Source: Fimbriosthenelais zetlandica
Lineage: Eukaryota
Assembly (NCBI GenBank): GCA_977030845.1
Contig: OZ365110.1
Coordinates: 25,482,001-25,546,000 of the forward strand
Direction: 5' to 3'
DNA length: 64,000 nt
The number at the start of each line of letters is the position of its first letter. Position 1 is the stretch's first letter. Below are positions 58,701-64,000 of the stretch, in pieces. Both the position numbers and the translations under genes were made by a program. The notes under the pieces were generated by a model. That model ran no database searches and was not told the DNA's origin. It worked only from the letters and a program-made list of their open reading frames with translations.

Positions 58701-61700
58701 GGTTGCATTACATTGTATGGGATATTGTTGACAGGTGAGGAGATCTCACCACGAAGGGCTGAACTTTTACAAGTATTTGAGAAGGAGATGACACGATCTT
58801 ATATCAGAAAGCGGGATGCCATGCAGAACAAAGCTATGACAGAGGCTAACGTCGTTAAAGTACTTCATGGGTAAGTTACTTTATTCTTAAATAGCCTACA
58901 TCAGACCACAAGTAGTAGTAGGTGAGTGAAGATAGTCAAGATTTCCGGAATTCCATTTACCGCTCTCTAAAATATTTAATGGAGAACGCCCTGCATTCAC
59001 AGGTCAGTGTCCTGCATCTCCAGTGTAAAATAAAGGGTACCCCGACCGCCCGCCTTTCACTGTTTGACCCTTTGTACAAGGTGAAGATACAGAGCGCTCG
59101 CCATTACCTGGCGAGCACCCTGGAGAAATTTTTATAGGTCTACTATATTAACACTTTATATTTGACGGGTGCCTACTAAGCAAGACTCGGCTGGTTTAAA
59201 AAATATAATTGAAAATTTATCTTCTCTGTCATTGTTTATAGTAGGCATATAAGGTTAATTATGCTATATAAAGACAAATTCTAAGATAATCATTCAGTCA
59301 GTCGTCAGTCCCACAGATTTGTGGCTGATTTTGGTGCTTTCCTAGACGTATGAAAATTCCAAGCGACGACCACCGGCTTGGGCACTCAGCTGATGGTGGT
59401 GACAAGAAACAGAGCTGGCACCTGTTGGTTTCCCGAGGAAGTAAAGGCGCGGCGGAGCTTAGTTCACTTGCGACACACAAGGTGGCAGCACCGGATAGCG
59501 GCCAAATAACACATTTCTCACAATAACACTGCTTCCATTATCTTGACGTTAACAGCCATTGCAACTCAGTTCCTTTGGATGCGAAAGATTCTCCATGTAA
59601 ATCTACTGACTAAGTTCAGTTTGGTTGATTTGGTTGCGTTCCTAGATCTACAAAGGACGTCTGAAAATGCTGAGCGATGCACTGAGTGTAAGTTCCAGTT
59701 CTTGCCATAGCGCCCGTCTGCCAAATCCCCTATTATCGCTCACAACAACTGGTACTGGTACATTCTCTCGCCTTTTACAGGTTTTCAGACATCTTACCTC
59801 TGTTCTTTTACATGCGATGAATTTTTCATGAGAATCTACCGAGGGATTTCAATTTAGGCTCATTTTGGTGATTTCAAGAGATCTGCAAAATTTCATTGAG
59901 CGTTAGTTCTTCCTTTTGCCGGTGGTGGGGTAGTCGCATGGGGCCAGAATTGACTTTAATAATGTTAGTTCCTTCGTTTGCCGTAGAGGTCGCGAGGGCG
60001 TCGCCGGACGGTCATCTTTAATTCGAAAACGTTTCTTGTTCTAAATAAATAGCTAGTAGTTTCAGCCCATGCATTTAAGCATAAATGCATTCACCGTTAT
60101 GCATTTTTTCATGTTTTTGACACACTGAGTAACCCTTACAAACATTTCTTCCACTCTAATATCAGCTATATTTTTATTCAGCTTGATGCACTCAATCTAA
60201 CAAGGTAGCTAGTATATCAGTGCCATATTCCTTCAAAAAGCTATGGCTCTATGAAATTCAAGAAATTTTACAAAATTTTAGCAGCCTTTATCATAATATT
60301 TACGGGAAAACTGCAAAAAAAAAAATAAAAGTGACAAAAAACATCTTAAAAGCCCCTTCAATGATTTTTTCCAGACAATTCAAAGATATTATTTTTTTGC
60401 CAAAAAAATCATTTATATAATTGGGGATTTTCGTTGCCATGGCAACAGGATTTTCAGTAAAATAAAAGGTTCGTGCATTTGATGGTTACCATGGAAACGG
60501 TCAAAAAGTGAAATACTGAAATATCATTACATTCCCGAAGAAAATAATTTGACCTTCCGAAGAAAATTTATTTTGTAGAAATTGGATCAGAAATAAGGAA
60601 ATAGTGAAAGATTACATTATATATTATTCATTTTCCTAAAATTATATTTCCCAACTTTAGGCTCCTTTTTCGTTTAAATATCTCATACCCCAGGGAAATC
60701 CCTATTACAGAACAAAGTTGCGATTACCAAATCTAGAGGGCTGTATCTCTGCTTGTACTTGGAATTTTGAGGCAGGATTTTCACCAAAATATTGCAAATT
60801 TCCCATTCTATATTGATCAAAAACAGATAAAAATGCATAAATACATTCGCCCTCCTATAGCATGGCACCATTAATGTAGTCGCCGTCCACTGATTAGAAG
60901 CCTTAAATCATTGCCCGCCCCGAAAGGGTTAAATAGTTAAATGAATAGTTAAATACTATAGTTAAATGGATGTCTTAAAAATATATTGTCCCTTATGAAG
61001 CCTTTATTGAATTACAGAGTTAACCAAATAACGAAATTGTTGGAAGAAGAGAAACAACTGGAACATCAACATTACGAGAACCATCTAAGTCATGGCGACT
61101 CACTTGATGGTTCCACAACCAACCTCCGTCACGTCGACAAATCAAAACCACCACCGGGGCTACTAAAACGCTTCTCACGATGGCCTACATTGGAGAAAAT
61201 CAGGCAGCTGAAGGATAAACTCTCAGTGAGTATGACTTTTACTTATAAACATAGAACAAGTTTTAATTTATTTGTCTGTTGAAAATCAGATGTTTCTTTA
61301 AGAATCCATATCTATTCCAGAACAAAGTCTTGACTAAAATTCATTGTCTTGAATATCTGGATTCGTATCTTTCTAAAACTTATAGATCTCATTCCATTTC
61401 TCTGTCATTTTCGTCTTGAACAAATCATAGCTGCAAAAAACTGATTGGTACAAGTCCATGACAAATCTCGAGGTAACTGTTCAGGACTATGATCCTTTCC
61501 CCAACTAGTCTATATAGTTGATGTATTTTGTTCTAGTTACCCAATAAGTTAATTAACACACTGTAAAGAGCACTGCGTAGGCCACGTCTTGCATCAGTCC
61601 GATGTTGTAAAGACGAGTAAAGGGTGTTAGCTCAGTCATCAAAAGCACCAGATGATTCAAGGAACCAGTGGTCGATAGGTTGGTCGTTCCTTCACAGAGT

Positions 61701-62877
61701 TGTCTAAGGCATTCTGATTGCCTCCATGCTCGAGGTGTTGTACATATCTGTTCTAGAGCACCTGCACTTATAAAATATTATTTCATTGGAAAATCTGCTT
61801 GCTTGTTTTTTATGCTATCCCTCAAGAATTCATAGGAATTTGAATAAATTGTGACAGCTGTGCCTGAACAATTTGACTCATCTTTAGCAATGTATATAGA
61901 TGACCACTCACTGTTTAGTATCTTGGCCTTTTGAAAATTCACACTTCAACTTGAAGAAGAGACAGGAACCCACTTCTACCATTGCTAAAACTAAAAAAGC
62001 CCAAAAAATCATACAAACCGACACTTGTTTTCAGTCCATCAAAGAAGACTCGTCTGATGGACGTGGTAGCCATGGTTATGGGTCAGAGACCGGTCATGAC
62101 AGTCTGATGGAGGATAACATGCACCGAGTTGACAGCCAATCTGAGAACGACTTTTCCAAACTTTACGACAGACCAAAATTTGTCCTTGATTCTGAAACGT
62201 CAGACTCAACACGACCCAAAACAGCCCCAGTCGCTAAGGGGAAATCTGAGGAAACGGACAAAAAGAATTGGAGTAATGAAGTTAAGGAAGACGGAAATGC
62301 GGAGGAAATTAAAAGGAAAGTCAAGCGAAGGAAAAATCGCCCTAAGGTAAAGAAGTTCCTAGAGGCCAACCAAGAAGAGGTTGACCTTGAAAGTAGTGGT
62401 GCTGGGAGGGTGAGAGATGAATACCGAAAACTGCAGGAAGCGTCCACAGATGACGAAGAGGAAGAAGAAGGCGAGAAAATGGATGGAAAATCCAAGAGAA
62501 TATCCCTGAGGAAGCAATGGGCATTACAAAGGCAATTATCTGAGGTGAAAGAGTTAAACATAGCAACTGAGGAGGGTGCTTCATTGAGCAATCAGTTAGC
62601 TGTGAATGATGCAGTCGTTTCACGTATAGACAATATGGAACAACAACTGAATGAATTAAAGGATGAAACAAGGAGGTCTCTCTATAATATAGAGGCATTG
62701 CTCAGGAGTGCTGTTTTTGCACGTGGCCAGCAGTTGCCACCATTATCTGCTCAATCTTCTGTGGAGGCGTCCACTTTTACACCAGGTGACCCCTATAGGG
62801 CATTTGAGACCTTTTCTCCACCTCGTCCACAGGTGTCTCCCCCACCTTATAGGCGACAAATGAACTTCCCTCCATGA
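46730..62877 (+). CDS. TRPM: TRPM-family cation channel without a NUDT9-H or kinase domain; exons 46730-46879 (or alternative 48582-48734), 49435-49544, 49663-49766, 49939-50090, 50325-50498, 50684-50881, 51095-51284, 51399-51570, 52008-52161, 52293-52359, 52583-52699, 52836-53223, 53455-53598, 53696-53837, 54338-54415, 54529-54672, 57044-57172, 57281-57541, 57685-57859, 57972-58125, 58296-58474, 58735-58870, 61018-61225, 62035-62877
   Basis: SLOG/MHR motifs LVITVIGGAKNF, NAWIITGG, CIGIAPWG, LNADHTHFLLVDDG, VPVVLLVVEGG, GTGRAAD, QLKLAITWNRSD and PFRELFLWAVLMNR, six hydrophobic TM segments, LLLNLLIAIF and a TRP helix. All phases join in frame. Confidence 0.93.
48582..48734 (+). CDS. Putative alternative first coding exon of the TRPM gene
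   Basis: The ATG follows an in-frame stop (TGA 48528-48530). It opens 51 codons (MANKRSMVTPLMDTF...FISQFRQ) ending in a phase-0 CAA|GTGAGT donor compatible with the acceptor at 49434/49435. Confidence 0.6.
53950..54209 (+). repeat. About 29-bp minisatellite, roughly 8-9 degenerate copies, in a TRPM intron
   Basis: Units resemble GGCCTATAATTGANTATGAGAAGTCAAAT. Confidence 0.85.
54687..55660. mobile_element. Non-autonomous repeat with a terminal hairpin and internal tandem duplication (Helentron/DINE-like candidate)
   Basis: Hairpin CCCATTTCCCC/GGGGAAAATGGG (54687-54715), a TAT/T-rich tract, TTTGACCTTTGACC and GGTCAAGGTCA motifs, and a direct repeat GCAAGTTTATTTTTAAAGATAGAGCT at 55264 and 55433 (169-bp offset). 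Confidence 0.45.
59148..60931. mobile_element. Possible TTAA-flanked (piggyBac-like) non-autonomous insertion in TRPM intron 22
   Basis: The right end reads GCCCGCCCCGAAAGGG-TTAA and a possible left end reads TTAA-CACTTT...GACGGG. The interior is GC-richer with no intact transposase ORF. Confidence 0.3.
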
Positions 62878-64000
62878 ACTATGAATTGAACTCTCATGCA
62901 GGAAAGCTGCAATGGTTTAACCTTGGAACGGTTTTAAAGATTTATGATCATATTTTTAATTTTCATACCGAGGTAGGCCTACTTGTGATGGACTATTATT
63001 AATATACCGGCACATTGAAACACTGTGAGATAAATATGACATATTTTTGTACTTCACTTATACATACCAGTTAATGATTATCAAAATTACGGTACCGATA
63101 GTTAAATAATACTTAGTGTTCAGATATAAGAAAGCATAATATATGTACCGTAACCAAATTTAAATAGACAGGGGTTTGTAATTGCTACAAAGTGTATGTG
63201 ATACTGGTTTATTTTGTTTTTATCCTGTTATATTATGTATACACGTGAATGTAAAAGAGAATTTACTGTATTTACACTGCTAAAGAAATATTGCATTTTG
63301 CTCTGAGGTCTGAGAGGATGTGTTTTACTGGCATAAACTGCTGGATCTGGTGACAAATACTCGTTAATGAATTCACTTTAAACTTGCAAAACCTAATCAC
63401 TGTGATATTTTACACTCTCGTTTACTCATGAAATATATAACTGTTATCATGTAATCAAGTGTTGTGTTTACGCCTATTTATGATGTTCTTGTTTTGACAG
63501 TTATTTTAATATATTCTAATATTATCTTGGGGTACTTTTCTTGTGTGAAAGCTCAAAAGCCATGAGATTATCTTCAATGTTCCAGGGAGGGTTAATGTTT
63601 TTCTCTATAGGCTACACTAGTTTTATCTTCTCTTTGCCGCATTTGTCGTTTAGCAGATTATAGATCTAAGTTAGGCCTAATGCAATAATATTATTATGTT
63701 GATACCCGGTAGTAGTTTTGTAGAGATATATTTGTTTATGGTAATTTTTCTGATTGAATTTTCTAGTAATCTTTCTGATTTATTTTTCTCTAGTGTTAAT
63801 GGAGTTTTGTGTTTTATGGAACCTCTGAAGAATATATATTTATTATGTTATGGATTAGTATATTGCATTTAGTTGTATTTATTGGAGATGAACGAGGTTT
63901 GAGAAAAAACTGAAGTAATCATGTTACAATTCTTGCCTTGATCATGACTGAAATAAGGTCACGCAATAAAGTATGATACATCCTAATCATGAAATATGTA

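Noticed and set aside
61620-61680. tRNA-like A box (TAGCTCAGTC...AAAGCAC)
   Set aside because: There is no B box or cloverleaf; at most this is a heavily decayed SINE.

Overview
AT-rich, intron-containing genomic DNA from an invertebrate animal with a compact genome; the species cannot be determined from sequence alone. No prokaryotic features, CRISPR arrays, rRNA or intact tRNA genes were seen. I reconstructed 13 spliced protein-coding genes by hand from splice sites and reading phases: ZNF367 (-, 3' end beyond the window), SERBP1/HABP4 (+), a BTB-BACK-Kelch gene (-), GTF2F1 (+), FBXO4 (-), RPL37 (+), AMPK alpha (-), ARMC7 (+), CFAP95/C9orf135 (-), an ADA2/ADGF-family deaminase fused to an IPT/TIG domain with a likely GPI tail (+), HHIPL (-), an 87-aa C10orf143-like microprotein that the ORF track only partly shows (-), and a 24-exon TRPM channel with two alternative first exons (+). 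The first ten genes form five consecutive head-to-head pairs under 500 bp apart. Other notable items are an intronic C/D snoRNA with a 28S rRNA guide, a duplicated splice acceptor that introduces a premature stop in ARMC7, a GC-AG intron in GTF2F1, and several non-autonomous repeat elements. Family assignments and synteny rely on recalled reference sequences, not on searches.
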